From assembly GCF_009914755.1 (NCBI RefSeq), contig NC_060943.1: a stretch of 64,000 bases of DNA; one strand, written 5' to 3'. A program made the position numbers and the translations under genes. The notes under the pieces were generated by a model, which was not told the DNA's origin, made no database searches, and saw nothing but the letters and a program-made list of their open reading frames with translations. This document shows, one piece after another, positions 10,754 to 23,850 of the stretch. The first letter of the stretch is position 1. The number at the start of each line of letters is the position of its first letter. The stretch comes from the human T2T-CHM13v2.0 reference genome, Homo sapiens.

Positions 10754-13700
10754 TTCTTGTCTTCTTATATTAATAAGAAAAATAACATAAAATAGTGTTG
10801 AAGTGTTGGGGCAGTGAAAATTTTGGTGGGGTGGTATGGAGAGATAATGGGGGATGTTTCTCAGGGCCGCTTCAAGCAGGATTAGGGGTGGCGTGGGAAC
10901 CTAGAGTGGGAGATATTAAGCTGAAAGAAGATTTTGTAGTAAGGGCAATATTGTGGGGCTATTAAAAAGAGCATTTGTCATATAGAATGATTGGTGATGG
11001 CCTGGATGCAGTTTTGTATGAATTGAGAAACTAAACCAAAGACACAAGGTCTGAATAAGAGAAGGAGCAAAACAGGTATTAAAGGACTAAGAATTGGGAG
11101 GACCCAGGACATCCAATTAGAGAGGGTCCAAGGGGGTTCAGAGTAATTACTTGTTTGGTTGGTGAGTTTTGGGGCTCTATTCTTGACAGAGTCCTTTTTG
11201 TTAAGTTGGAGGCTGAGCTTGCTGAGGTATGTTCTGAAAAGACCATTAATCCATTCTACCTTTCCTGAAGATTGAGGACAGTAAGGGGTATGAGGTTTCA
11301 ATGAATACCAAGAGCCTGAGAAACTGCTTGGGTGATTTGACTAGTAAAGGCTAGTCCATTATTAGACTGTATAGAGGTGGGAAGGCCAAACTGAGGAATT
11401 ATGTCTGACAGAAGGGAAGAAATAACAATGGTGGCCTTCTCAGACCCTGTCGGGAAGGCCTCTACCCATCCAGTGAAAGTGTCCACCCATACCAAGGAGT
11501 GTTTTCATTTCCTGACTCGGGGCATGTGAGTAAAGTCACTTTGCCAGTCCTGGGCAGGGGTAAATCCCCGAGCTTGATGTGTAGGGAAGGGAGTGGGCTT
11601 GAATAATCCCTGAGGAGTAGTAGAATAGTAGATGGAACACTGAGAAGTGATTTCCTTGGGGATAGATTTCCATGATGGAAAGGAAATGAGAGGTTCTAAG
11701 AGGCAGTCTAGTGGCTTGTAACCTACATGGAAGAAGTTATGAAATGACTACAGAATGGAATGGGTCTGTGAGGCTGGAATGAGATATTTTCCTTGGTCCA
11801 AGAATCATTTGCCTTGTGTGGGAAGAGATTGATAGGTGAAAGTTTCAGTGGGGGAGTAGGTGGGAGTGACCAGATAAGAAGGAGAAAAACTGCCATGAGG
11901 GATAGAAGTTGGAATGCTAGCTGCTTTTTAGCTACCTTATCAGCATAAGCATTGTCCTAAGTGATGGGATCTGATGCCTTTTGATGGCTGGTTTTTTAGC
12001 TACCTTATCAGCATAAGCATTGTCTTAAGCGATGGGGTCTGATGCCTTTTGGTGGCCTTTGCAGTGAATGACTCCATCTTCCTTTGGAAGTAAAGCCGCC
12101 TTGACAAGAGTTTTTATTAAAGAGGCATTAATAATGGAGGACACTTGTATAGTGAGAAAACATTTTTCAGCCTATATAACAGCATGGGGGTGCAGGATAT
12201 GGAAAGCATGTTTAGAGTCAGTATAAATATTGATGCATAGTCCCTTTGCAAGATTGAGGGCCTGAGTTAAGGCAACAAGTTTGGCTTGCTGAGAGGTAGC
12301 ACAGAGGGGCAGAGCGGTAGCCTCAATGATAGACATGGAAGATACTATAGCATAGCCTGCCTTTGCTGGTGAGTGGCAATTAGGCCTGGTGGAACTGCCA
12401 TCAATAAACCAAGTGTGATCAGGGTTAGGAACAGGAAAGAAGGAAATATGAGGAAATGGAGTGAATGTCAGGTGGATCAGAGCGATACAGTCATGTGGGC
12501 CAGTTGTGGTATCAGGAATAATGTGGGGGCCAGCCTAAAACAGTAAGGTCAAGTTGTTTGGACAGAAAGGCTACACAGTGCAGTCCCAGCTCTTGTGTAA
12601 GAATTTTGACCACACAGCCCTGTACTTCGGCTGCATGTAATGAAAAGGGTTGCGATGAGTTAAGGAGAGCTAGTGTGGGAGTAGCTTCTAGGGCTGCTTT
12701 TAAGGAATGGAAAGAGGAGTGGTGAAAGGATTTAGGATCTGTGGGGTCAGCTAGGTTTGCTTTTTGAGTTTATACAATGGTTTAGTCAGGATGGTAAAAC
12801 TAGATATCCAAAGGCAGAAGTACCTAACCATGACTAGGAGGGAAAGGAGTTGTTGTTTTCTAGAAGGGGTTGGGGTTTGGGAGATTAGCTGGACACAATC
12901 GGTAGGGAGAGCACATGTGTTTTCATGAAGAATTATGCCGAGATAGGTAATGGATGAGAAAGAAATTTGGGCTTGACTGAGGTAATGGGAGCTGTCTGTG
13001 AAGCCTTGCAGCAGTACAGCCCAGGTAATTTGCTGAGCCTAATGGGTGTCAGCATCAGTCCAAGTGAAAGAGAAGAGAGGCTGGGATGAAGGGTGCGAAG
13101 AAATAGTAAAGAAAGCATGTTTGAGATTCAGAACAGACTAATGGGTTATGGAGGGGTTGTGGAGGGAGGTATTGAGGATAGGAAAGTATATGGTTTTGAC
13201 ACCAATGGGTGGATAGGCAAGACAATTGGTTGATAAGGTACAGATCCTGAAATAACCTGTAAGTCTTGTCTGGGTTTTGGACAGGTAAAATGGGGGAATT
13301 GTAAGGAGAGTTTATAGGCTTTAAAAGGCCATGCTGTAACAGGCAGGTGATAACGGGCTTTAATCCTTTGGGGTAAGGGTGATTAGGTTTTAATGGGATG
13401 GTAAGAGGTGCATGAATTGTCACCAAGGAGGGAGTAGAGGTGTCCTATACTTGTGGATTAAAATGGGGAGATACAAGGGGAGGATGTGAAGGAGGCTTTG
13501 AACTGGGGAAAAGGATGGCAATGAGGTGTGGCTGTAGCCTAGGAATAGTCAGGGAAGCAGATAATTTAGTTAAAATGTCTTGACCTAATAAGGGAGCTGG
13601 GCAGGTGGGGATAACTAAAAAGGAGTGCGTAAAAGAATGTGGTCCAAGCTGGCATCAGAGTTGGGGAGTTTTAAGAGGTTTAGAAGCCTGGCTGTCAATA

Positions 13701-15620
13701 TCCACAACAGTTATGGAGGCAAGAGAAACACGCCCTTGAAAAGAAGGTAATGTGGGGTGGGTAGCCTCCGTATTGATTAAGAAGGGTATGGACTCACTTT
13801 CCACTGTAAGAGTTACCTAAAGCATCTGTGATGGTCCAGGAGGCTTCTGAGGTGATTAGGCAGTGTCAGTCTTCAGCCGCTAAGCCAAGAATATCTGGGA
13901 AGGAGTCAGTCAGAGAGCCTTGGGCTAGAGTTCCAGGGGCTCTAGGAGTGGCTGCCAGGCGAGCTGGACAGTCTGATTCCCAGTGGGGTCCCGCACAGAT
14001 GGGACATGGCTTAGGAGGAATCCTGGGCTGCAGGCATTCCTTGGCCCAGTGGCCAGATTTCTGGCACTTGAAGCAAGATCCTGAGGGAGGCGGTCCTGTA
14101 GGAATGCCTGACCACTGTGGCTTAGGCATTTTGAAGTTCTTGTGTGCTGGAGGTGTGGCTGGGTTTTGTCTCATAGCAGAGGCAAGTAATTTTTACTCTT
14201 CTCTATTATTGTACACCTTGAAGGCAAGGTTAATTAAGTCCTATTGTGGGGTTTGAGGGCAAGAATCTAATTTTTGGAGCTTTTCTAATGTTGGGAGTGG
14301 GTTGGGTAATAAAATACATATTGAGAATAAGACGGCCTTCTGCCCTTTCTGGGTCTAGGGCGGTAAACCATCTAAAGTTGTTGCCAAATGGGCCATGAAC
14401 TGGGTTGAGTTTCTATATTTGATGAAAAAGAGCCTAAATGCTAACTGATTTGGGAAAGGTCAGATAAAGAAAAAGGAGTGTTAACCTTGGCTATGGCTTC
14501 AGCTCCAGCCACCTTTTTAAGAGGAAATTGTTGGGCAAGTGGGAGAGGGCTAGTCATGGAATGAAACTGTAAGCCAGACCGGGTGTGAGGAGGGGAGGTG
14601 ATAAAAGGATTATAGGGTGGGGGAACGGAGGCTGATGAAGAACTGGGACCTGGCTTGGCCTGGCGAGGAGCAGCTTGGGGAGGAGAGGACAGGTGGGTCT
14701 GTAGAAAAGGAAGATTGAAAAGACTCAGTGATGCTTGGGGTTGGGACTGAAGGGACAGGTGGGAGGGAAAGAAGGAGGATTTGTGATGAGTCGCATTGGG
14801 AACAGAGATTAGGGAGGGACCAATGTGTAAAAGAATGCCTGGACATCAGGCATCTCACACCATTTGTCTTTTTTGACAAAAATCATCCAGGTCTTGTAAA
14901 ATGGAGGAATCAAAAGTGCCATTTTCTGGCTATTTAGAACCATTATAGAGTTTGTATTGGGGCCAAGTGGTGTTGCAGAAGAAAATAAGATGCTTAGGTT
15001 TTAGGTCAGGTGAGAGTTGAAGAGGTTTTAAGTTTTTAAGAACACAGGCTAAGGGAGAAGATGCAGGAATGGAGGTCAGAATGTTGCCCATAGTGAAGGA
15101 TGTAAGTTTAAGGAGAAAGGTAGAGACATGGAGAAGAGGGTGGTGAGCAGCCCTGGGCTGCAATATGGGTGAGCATCCAAAGCAGGTGTCCCCGCAATTA
15201 ACTTGCCACCAAGGGAATGTGGGTGAATGACCAAGGCAGATGTCCCCACGGTGATCAGACGCCAATGAAATGTGGGTGAATAATCAGGCAGGCATCCCCA
15301 CAGTGATTAAACACCAAGGGAAAACTGTCTTCCTGAGTCTAAGACTGGCACCGGAGTTTTGGGTCCACGGATAAAATGTGTCTCCTTTGTCTGTACTAGA
15401 GAGGAAAAAGAACTGGAGTTGGAAGGACAGGGAGATTGAAGGGTAGCAAGAGAGGCTGGAGAAGAGAGTGAAAAGACCGCTTACCCGATTTGAAATTGGT
15501 GAGATGTTCCTTGGACTGGTTGGTCTGAGGACCCGAGGTCATAGGTAGATTTCCTCACGGAGTGAGGGCGGGGACAGGCCTCCCGAAGGATTACCTCTGT
15601 CCTGGGTTTTTGGCACCAAA

Positions 15621-16003
15621 TGTCATGCGTGTCCATGTGAAGAGCCCACCAAACAGGCTTCGTGTGAACAATAAAGCTTTTTAATTACCTGGGTGCAGGC
15701 AGGCTGAGTCCAAAAAGAGAGCGAAGGGAAATAGGGGTGGGGCCATTTTATAAGATTTGGGTAGGTAATGGAAAATTACCGTCAAAGGGGGTTGTTCTCT
15801 GGTGGGCAGGGGCGGGGGTCACAAGATGCTCAGTGGGGGAGCTTCTGAGCCAGAAGGAATTTCACAAGGTAATGTCATCAGTTAAGGCAGGAACAGGCCA
15901 TTTTCACTTCTTTTGTGATTCTTCAGTTACTTCAGGCCATCTGGATGTATACATGCAAGTCACAGTGGATATGATCGCTTAGCTTGGGCTCAGAGGCCTG
16001 ACA
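15621..16003 (-). repeat. HERV-H 5' LTR (LTR7 family)
   Basis: Minus strand starts TGTCAGGCCTCTGAGCCCAAGCTAAG; PBS follows at 15600-15618. Confidence 0.9.
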
Positions 16004-18767
16004 TGCGTGTTTATCTATAAATACGATGCCAATTTTACTTATGGCTTATCTCATATTCTTTGTTAGCTGATTTTCGATGGTAGTTTTATCTTGTCTAAGT
16101 GAGTAGTCGTGGAGATAGTCATTATCACGATGTGTTTAATGATGAATATATATTTTCTTTTTGTGAGAGAAACACTTTTGTGATTTGAAGTTAATTTTTA
16201 AAAAGATTTACCATTCTGTATTTTTGTCAGTTTTTCCTTGAAAACGTTGTTTTAAAAACACATAACATAAAATTTACCATCTTAAATTTATTGAAGTGTA
16301 TATTTCACAGCCAGCTGTGGTTGTGGCTCTCATCTGTAATCCCAGAATTTTGGGAGGTCAAGACAGGAGGATATCTGGAGCTGAAAAGTTTGAGACCAGC
16401 CTGGGGAATACATGGAGACCCCTCTCCATAAAAAAAAACTTAATAGTAGCCAGGTATGGTGGTGTGCAGCTGTGGTCCCAGCTACATGGGAGATTGAGGA
16501 GGAGTCAAAATTGTGCCTCTACACTCCAGCTTGGGTGACAGAGTGAGACCCTGTCTCAAAAAAAAAAAAAAAAAAATGCTGTTCACTTCAGGCATGTTAA
16601 GTATATTCACATTGTTGTGCAAAAGATTTCTAGAAACTTTACATATTGCAAAACTAAAACTCAGTAACCATTAAGTAACAACATCTCATTTTACCCTCTC
16701 TCCAGCTTTTGGCAGACAAAACTTCCACTTTTTGTTTTTATGATTTTGACTACTTAAGATATCTCATATAAGTGGAATCATACGGTATCCATAATTTTGT
16801 TACTGGATTAATTCAACTGACATAATATTCTCAATGTTCATCTTAAAATGTGACAAGATTGTTCTTTTTAAGGTGGAATAATATTCCATCGCATGTATAT
16901 GTTACATTTTTTGATACGTTTATAAATCAAGGAACATCTAGGTTGCTTCAGACTTTTGGCTTTTGTGAATACTGGTATAATAAAGATGAATTTTCAAATA
17001 TGCCTCCCAGGTCCAGTGTTGCATTTTTTTTTTTTTTTTTTTCCCGCAGACGGAGTATTGCTTTGTCGCCTAGGCTGGAGTGCAGTGGTGTGATCTCGGT
17101 TAACTGCAACTTCTGCCTCCTGGGTTCAATCGATTCTCCTGCTTCAGCCTTTCGAGTAGCTGGGATTATAGATACCCACCACCACACCCAGCTAATTTTT
17201 TGTACTTTTAGTAGAGATGGGGCCAGGCTGGTCTCAAACTCCTGACCTCAGGTGATCTGCCCCCTCAGCCTCCTAAATTACTAGGATTATAGGCTTGAGC
17301 CACTGTGCCTGGCCTTCGTTACATATTTTGGATATAGATTTATAAATGAGGAACATTTATAATTTTTAAAATAATGGCTGCATCTTTGTTTTCCACCAAC
17401 ATTCAATATGGATTTCATTTTTATTGTATCATCAACAGATTTGGTGTTTTAAAAAAATTTATCATGGCCATATTAATGGGTATGAGGTGATTTTGTTTGT
17501 CATTGTGGTTTTTTTTTCATTTCTTTACAAATTAGTAATTTTATGTGTCCTTTCAAATGCTTTTTCTCATTTGTGTACTTTTCTAATGAAAATGTTGTTT
17601 GTCCGTTTCTAAATCAAGTTATTCAACCTTATTTTTTAGTTTTAAGAGTTGTTTATATATTTTGAATATTAACTTCTTTCATGTTTAATTTGCAAATGTT
17701 TTCACCTATTTTCTAAGGGATGTCATTACTCTTGAATTGTTTTTTGGTATGAAGAAATTTTGAAGCCTATTGTAGTTAAAACTTTTCTGTTATTTCATTT
17801 GCTGCTCATGTATTTAATTTTGTATCTAAGAAAATGGTGCCAAGGCCAATGTCATGTCTTTTTCCTGTAGTTTTTCTAAAAGATTTGTTAGTTTTTTTAT
17901 GTCTCAGCATTTTATTTAAAATATATTTTTGTATCATTCTAGGAAATAATCCAACTTAATTTTATCAGTGCTGATATTCAGTTTTCAACATCATTTTTTT
18001 GAAGAGATTATTTCTATTTTGTGCTCATGGCAACTTCGTGGAAGATCATTTGATCATATACAGAAGGATTCATTTCTGAGCTCTCTATTCTGTTCTTTCA
18101 TCTGTTCATCTTTGTTTCTGTATCACATTGTTTATATTCTTTAGCTTTTAACTGTAGGTTGTATTGACATCTTTGAAAAATAACATTTTTTGACCCCTGA
18201 GCAAGAATATGTTGATGAAGAGTGTGTTTCATATTCACAAGGTTTTGAATTTGCCAGTTTGACTTTTGCTTTTAATTCCTAGTTTCATTCAGCTTTTGTT
18301 GGAAAACACACAGTGTATAATTTTAGTGTTTTTAAAGTGATTTGTTGTTGTTGTTTTGAGACAAGATCTTACTGTCACCAGGCTGCAATGCTGTGGCATA
18401 ACTTTGGCTCACTGTAGCCTCAGTCTCCTGGGCTTGAATGATGCTTTCACCTCACTTTTCTGAGTGGCTAGGACTACAGTCATGCACTACCATGTCTGGC
18501 TAATTGTTTGCTTCTTTGTAGTGTTAGGATCTCACTATGTTGCCCAGGCTGGTCTCATACTTCTGGCACCAATGGATCCTCTTACCTTGGTCTCTCAAAG
18601 TGTTAGGATTATAGGCAAGAGCCACTGCACCCAGTCAGTATTTTAAAATTTAATAAAACTTGCTATGTGTCCTAACGGAATACACCAGATGCAAATAGAA
18701 ATATTGCATATTATCTTGGTTTTGACTGGAGAGTTTTGTGTGTGTCTGTGAAGCCTAGTTGGTCTAT

Positions 18768-19175
18768 AATATGGTTTGGATGTCCATGTTCTCCAAACCT
18801 CATGCTGCAAAATAAATCCTCAATGTTGGTTGTGAGACCTGGTGGGACATGTTTTTGTATGAGGGCATATTTCTCATGAATGGCTTGGTACATCCTCTTG
18901 GTAAACAAAAAGTTTACACTCCATTAATTCAAATGAGAGCTGGTTCATTAAAAGAACCTGGCTTCTTCACCTCACACTTGCTCTGTCTCTTACCATATAA
19001 TATGTCCAGTTACTTTTTACCTTCTACCATGATTTTAAGCTTCTTGATATCCTCACCAGAAGCAGATGCTGACACACACTTCTTATACAGTCTGCCAAAC
19101 TGTGAGCCAAATAAACATTTTCCTTTATAAATTATGCACTCCCATGTGTTCCTCTATATGCAAAATAACTAATAT
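18768..19175 (+). mobile_element. MaLR solo LTR (MST-like)
   Basis: Starts ..ATATGGTTTGGATG and ends ...AACTGTGAGCCAAATAAAC...AACTAATA, typical of MST LTRs. Confidence 0.7.
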
Positions 19176-19466
19176 AGTCTATAATGTTGTCTCAGTTTTC
19201 TGTTTCTTATTTTTTATCTGAATTCTCTATTTATTTCTTCAAATGGGGCCTTGATGTCTGCAATTATTATGTCGCTATGTATGTCTTGCTTCACTTTTGT
19301 CAATATTTGCTTTATATATTTTAAAGCCCTTATGTTATTTACACATATACATATAGATAGATAAATACTATAAATTCCTGCTAAATCAACTCACTTTACC
19401 ATAATATAATATCAATCATTGTCTCATGGTAGTACTTAAAGCATATTCTGCCCAATATAATTATGA

Positions 19467-19901
<435 letters not shown>

Positions 19902-20603
19902 TGACCATGATGGCCAGGCTGGTCTTGAATTCCTGATCTCAGGTGGTCTACCTGCCTCGGCATCACAAAGTGCTGGTATTACAGGCATGAGCCACCACAT
20001 CCAGCCTTGTGTATTTTGGAGATAGTGTCTCACTCTGTCAACCAGGCTGATTTGCTCGGTTCACTGCTGCCTGAATCTCCCAAACTCAGATGATCCTCTC
20101 ATATCAGCCTCTCAAGTAGCTGCATTACAAGTATGTAACATCACACCCAGCCAACTTTTTTTTTTGTATTCTTTGTCGAGACAGATTATTGCCATGTTGC
20201 CGATTCTGGTCTTGAACTCCTGGGATCAAGTGATCAGCCTATCTTGGCCTTCCAAAGTCCTGAGATTATATTTCATTTTATTAAGTAGTTTAATACGTTT
20301 AAATTTAAAATGATTCCTTAAAGAAATGAAGTTGTTATTTCCAGATATATTGTTATTGTTTCATGTGTTTCTAGTAGTATATTTTTCTCATTTCCTTTTT
20401 TACTCTCTTTAATTTTGTACTGGCATGCTTTGATTATTTTTTGTTTTATTTTAGATACTTTCTTTAAACAGAATCTTTGCAATCATCTTGAAAACTGTAG
20501 ATTACATACATCTTACAGTTAAAGCAATATATTTTAATCTCATGACAACTTCAATTGAATACAAAAACTGTGCCTCTATATTTTCCAGTTTGTTGTTGAT
20601 TTT

Positions 20604-22873
20604 TTTTTATTAAAATGTGCATCATTCTTTTATTTTTATTTATTTATTTTTTATTGATCATTCTTGGGTGTTTCTCGCAGAGGGGGATTTGGCAGGGTCA
20701 TAGGACAACAGCGGAGGGAAGGTCAGCAAACAAACAAGTGAACAAAGGTCTCTGGTTTTCCTAGGCAGAGTGTTTGTGTCCCTGGGTACTTGAGATTGGG
20801 GAGTGGTGATGACTCTCAACGAGCATGCTGCCTTCAAGCATCTGTTTAACAAAGCACATCTTGCACCGCCCTTAATCCATTTAACCCTGAGTGGACACAG
20901 CACATGTTTCAGAGAGCACAGGGTTGGGGTTAAGGTCATAGATCAACAGGATCCCAAGGCAGAAGAACTTTTCTTAGTACAGAACAAAATGAAATGTCTC
21001 CCATGTCTACTACTTTCTACACAGACACAGCAACCATCCGATTTCTCAATCTTTTCCCCACCTTGCCCCCTTTTCTATTCCACAAAACCGCCGTTGTCAT
21101 CATGGCCCGTTCTCAATGAGCTGTTGGGTACCTCCTCCCAGACGGGGTGGTGGCCGGGCAGAGGGGCTCCTCACTTCCCAGTAGGGGCGGCTGGGCAGAG
21201 GCGCCCCTCACCTCCTGGACAGGGCAGCTGGCCAGGCGGGGGGCTGAGCCCCCCACCTCCCTCCCGGACGGGGCGGCTGGCCGGGCCGGGGGCTGAGCCC
21301 CCCACCTCCCTCCCGGATGGGGCGGCTGGCCGGGCGGGAGGGCTGAGCCCCCCCACCTCCCTCCCAGACGGGGCGGCTGGCCGGGCGGGGGGCTGACCCC
21401 CCCCACCTCCCTCCCGGACGGGGCGGCTGGCCGGGCAGAGGGGCTCCTCACTTCCCAGTAGGGGCGGCCGGGCAGAGGCACCCCTCACCTCCCGGATGGG
21501 GCAGCTGACCGGGCGGGGGGCTGACCCCCCCACCTCCCTCCCAGACAGGGCGGCTGGCCGGGCAGGGGGCTGACCCCCCCACCTCCCTCCCGGACGGGGC
21601 GGCTGGCCGGGCGGGGGGCTGACCCCCCCACCTCCCTCCTGGACGTGGCGGCTGGCCGGGCGGGGGGCTGACCCCCCCACCTCCCTCCCGGACGGGGCGG
21701 CTGGCCGGGCAGAGGGGCTCCTCACTTCCCAGTAGGGGCAGCCGGGCAGAGGCGCCCCTCACCTCCTGGACGGGGCGGCTGGCCGGGCGGGGGGCTGAGC
21801 CCCCCACCTCCCTCCCGGATGGGGCAGCTGGCCGGGCGGGGGGCTGACCCCCCACCTCCCTCCCGGACGGGGCAGCTGGCCGGGCGGGGGGCTGACCCCC
21901 CACCTCCCTCCCGGACGGGGCGACTGGCCTGACGGGGGCTGACCCCCCACCTCCCTCCTGGGCGGGGTGGCTGCCGGGCGGAGACGCTCCTCACTTCCCA
22001 GATGGGGTGGCAGCCGGGTGGAGGGGCTCCTCACTTCTCAGATGGGGCGGTTGCCAGGCGGAGGGTCTCCTCACTTCTCAGATGGGGCGGCCGGGCAGAG
22101 ACGCTCCTCACCTCCCAGACGGGGTCGTGGCCGGGCCGAGGTGCTCCTCACATCCCAGACGGGGCGGCGGGGCAGAGGCGCTCCCCACATCTCAGACGAT
22201 GGGCAGCCGGGCAGAGATGCTCCTCACTTCCTAGATGGGATGGCGGCCGGGCAGAGACCCTCCTCACTTTCCAGACTGGGCAGCCAGGCAGAGGGGCTCC
22301 TCACATCCCAGATGATGGGCGGCCAGGCAGAGATGCTCCTCACTTCCCAGACGGGGTGGCGGCCGGGCAGAGGCTGCAATCTCTGCACTTTGGGGGGCCA
22401 AGGCAGGCGGCTGGGAGGTGGAGGTTGTAGCGAGCCGAGATCACACCACTGCACTCCAGCCTGGGCACCATTGAGCACTGAGTTAACGAGACTCCGTCTG
22501 CAATCCTGGCACCTCAGGATGCTGAGGCTGGCGGATCACTCGCGGTTAGGAGCTGGAGACTAGCCCGGCCAACACAGCAAAACCCCGTCTCCACCAAAAA
22601 AATACGAAAACCAGTCAGGCGTGGCGGCGCGCGCCTGCAATCGCAGGCACTCGGCAGGCTGAGGCAGGAGAATCAGGCAGGGAGGTTGCAGTGAGCCGAG
22701 ATGGCAGCAGCACAGTCCAGCTTTGGCTTGGCATGAGAGGGAGACCGTGGAAAGGGGAGGAGAGAGGGGAGAGGGGAGACGGGAGAGGGGAGAGGGGAGG
22801 GGAGAGGGGAGGGGAGCCGGAGTCACTCTTGTTCGAACGCCTCCAACACTATGACTAAGTAAAGGAGAATTTC
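20604..22873 (-). mobile_element. SVA retrotransposon, full length, with short flanking transductions
   Basis: SINE-R from 20653; GC-rich VNTR ~21130-22370; Alu-like domain; (CCCTCT)-like hexamers ending at 22816; 13-bp TSD TGTTGTTGATTTT at 20591-20603 and 22874-22886. Confidence 0.96.
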
Positions 22874-23756
22874 TGTTGTTGATTTTAAAATTATTCTATA
22901 TGGTGTATCTATTAACATTTATGCGGATTTCCATATTTTTATATTCTATAAAAGTACTTTAAAGGTTTTGTGTACCATCATTTTGTTAGTTTGTTTTGTT
23001 TTGTTTTGAATCGAGTCTTGCCCTATTGCTTAGGACGGAGTGTATAGATGTGATCTTAGCTCACTGAAACCTCGGCCTCCCAGGTTCAACAATTATCCTG
23101 CCTCTGCCTCCCTAGTAGCTGGGATTACAGATGCCTGCCACCAAGCCTGGCTAATTTCTTGTATTTTTTAGTAAAGATAGGCTTTCACTATGTTGGACAG
23201 GCTGGTCTTGAACTGCTGACCTCAGGTGATCCACCTGCCTCAGCCTCTCAAAGTGCTGGGCTTACAGGTGTGAGCCACAGCACCCAGCTGGAAATTACTT
23301 TTTATCTCACTATTCATAGCATTTCATATCAATACAAAGATTGACACATCTAGATATAAATATACATAGGGAGATAAATACTCACATAGAGAATTCTATA
23401 AATATTTCTATCTAAACATTTATGTATACAAAACATGTTCCCCAAAAGACATTTTTAATCTTTTAGCATGCACTGAAGATGCTGATGTAGAATTACTTCT
23501 TTTTTCTTTTGCTAAATAACATGTCAGAATGGAACATAGTTATACAATTTTGTTTATGTAAATATCAACAAAGCTCTATCTTCAAAGGCAGGCCACAGAA
23601 ATAAGCTGAAAAGAAAGTCATGTAACACATCTGTCCAGGACAGTATTTCAGCACTCTGCATGTCTCCTCATTCTGTGCATGTTGTGTTCACACCTACCAT
23701 TTGGGGCCTGTCTCGACAAAGCCACAGTCACCATTTAGATAATTTGATAATTGTAT

Positions 23757-23850
23757 ACACCTGGGCTGAGCTACTTGGCTGGTTGGGATCACCTGGGCTG
23801 TGCAAACTGGCTGATTGCAATCACCTGGTTTCTGCTAATTTGCTTAATTT
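23757..23850. repeat. Three units of the same 32-bp minisatellite
   Basis: CACCTGG at 23758, 23790 and 23822. Confidence 0.8.

Larger units (their letters stand above)
10364..16003 (-). mobile_element. HERV-H provirus, ~5.6 kb internally deleted type
   Basis: LTR7-family LTRs at 10364-10753 and 15621-16003; 5-bp TSD TGCAT/TGCGT; gag MA (MGNILTSIP), double zinc knuckle (13866..14174), RT (13055..13426), IN (11298..11495). Only the env tail remains. Confidence 0.93.
10199..18880 (+). pseudogene. Relic intron-3 sequence of a paralogous KRAB-ZNF gene, inverted relative to ZNF737 and interrupted by HERV-H
   Basis: 10199-10363 plus 16004-18880 is collinear with the reverse complement of ~40885-37910. 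ORFs 16850..17245(+) and 39515..39886(-) share [11 protein letters not shown]...GFCEYWYN, and Alus sit at equivalent positions. Confidence 0.88.

Noticed and set aside
20803-22826. Many long Pro/Gly/Arg-rich ORFs on both strands
   Set aside because: They are translations of the GC-rich SVA VNTR and Alu-like domain, not genes.
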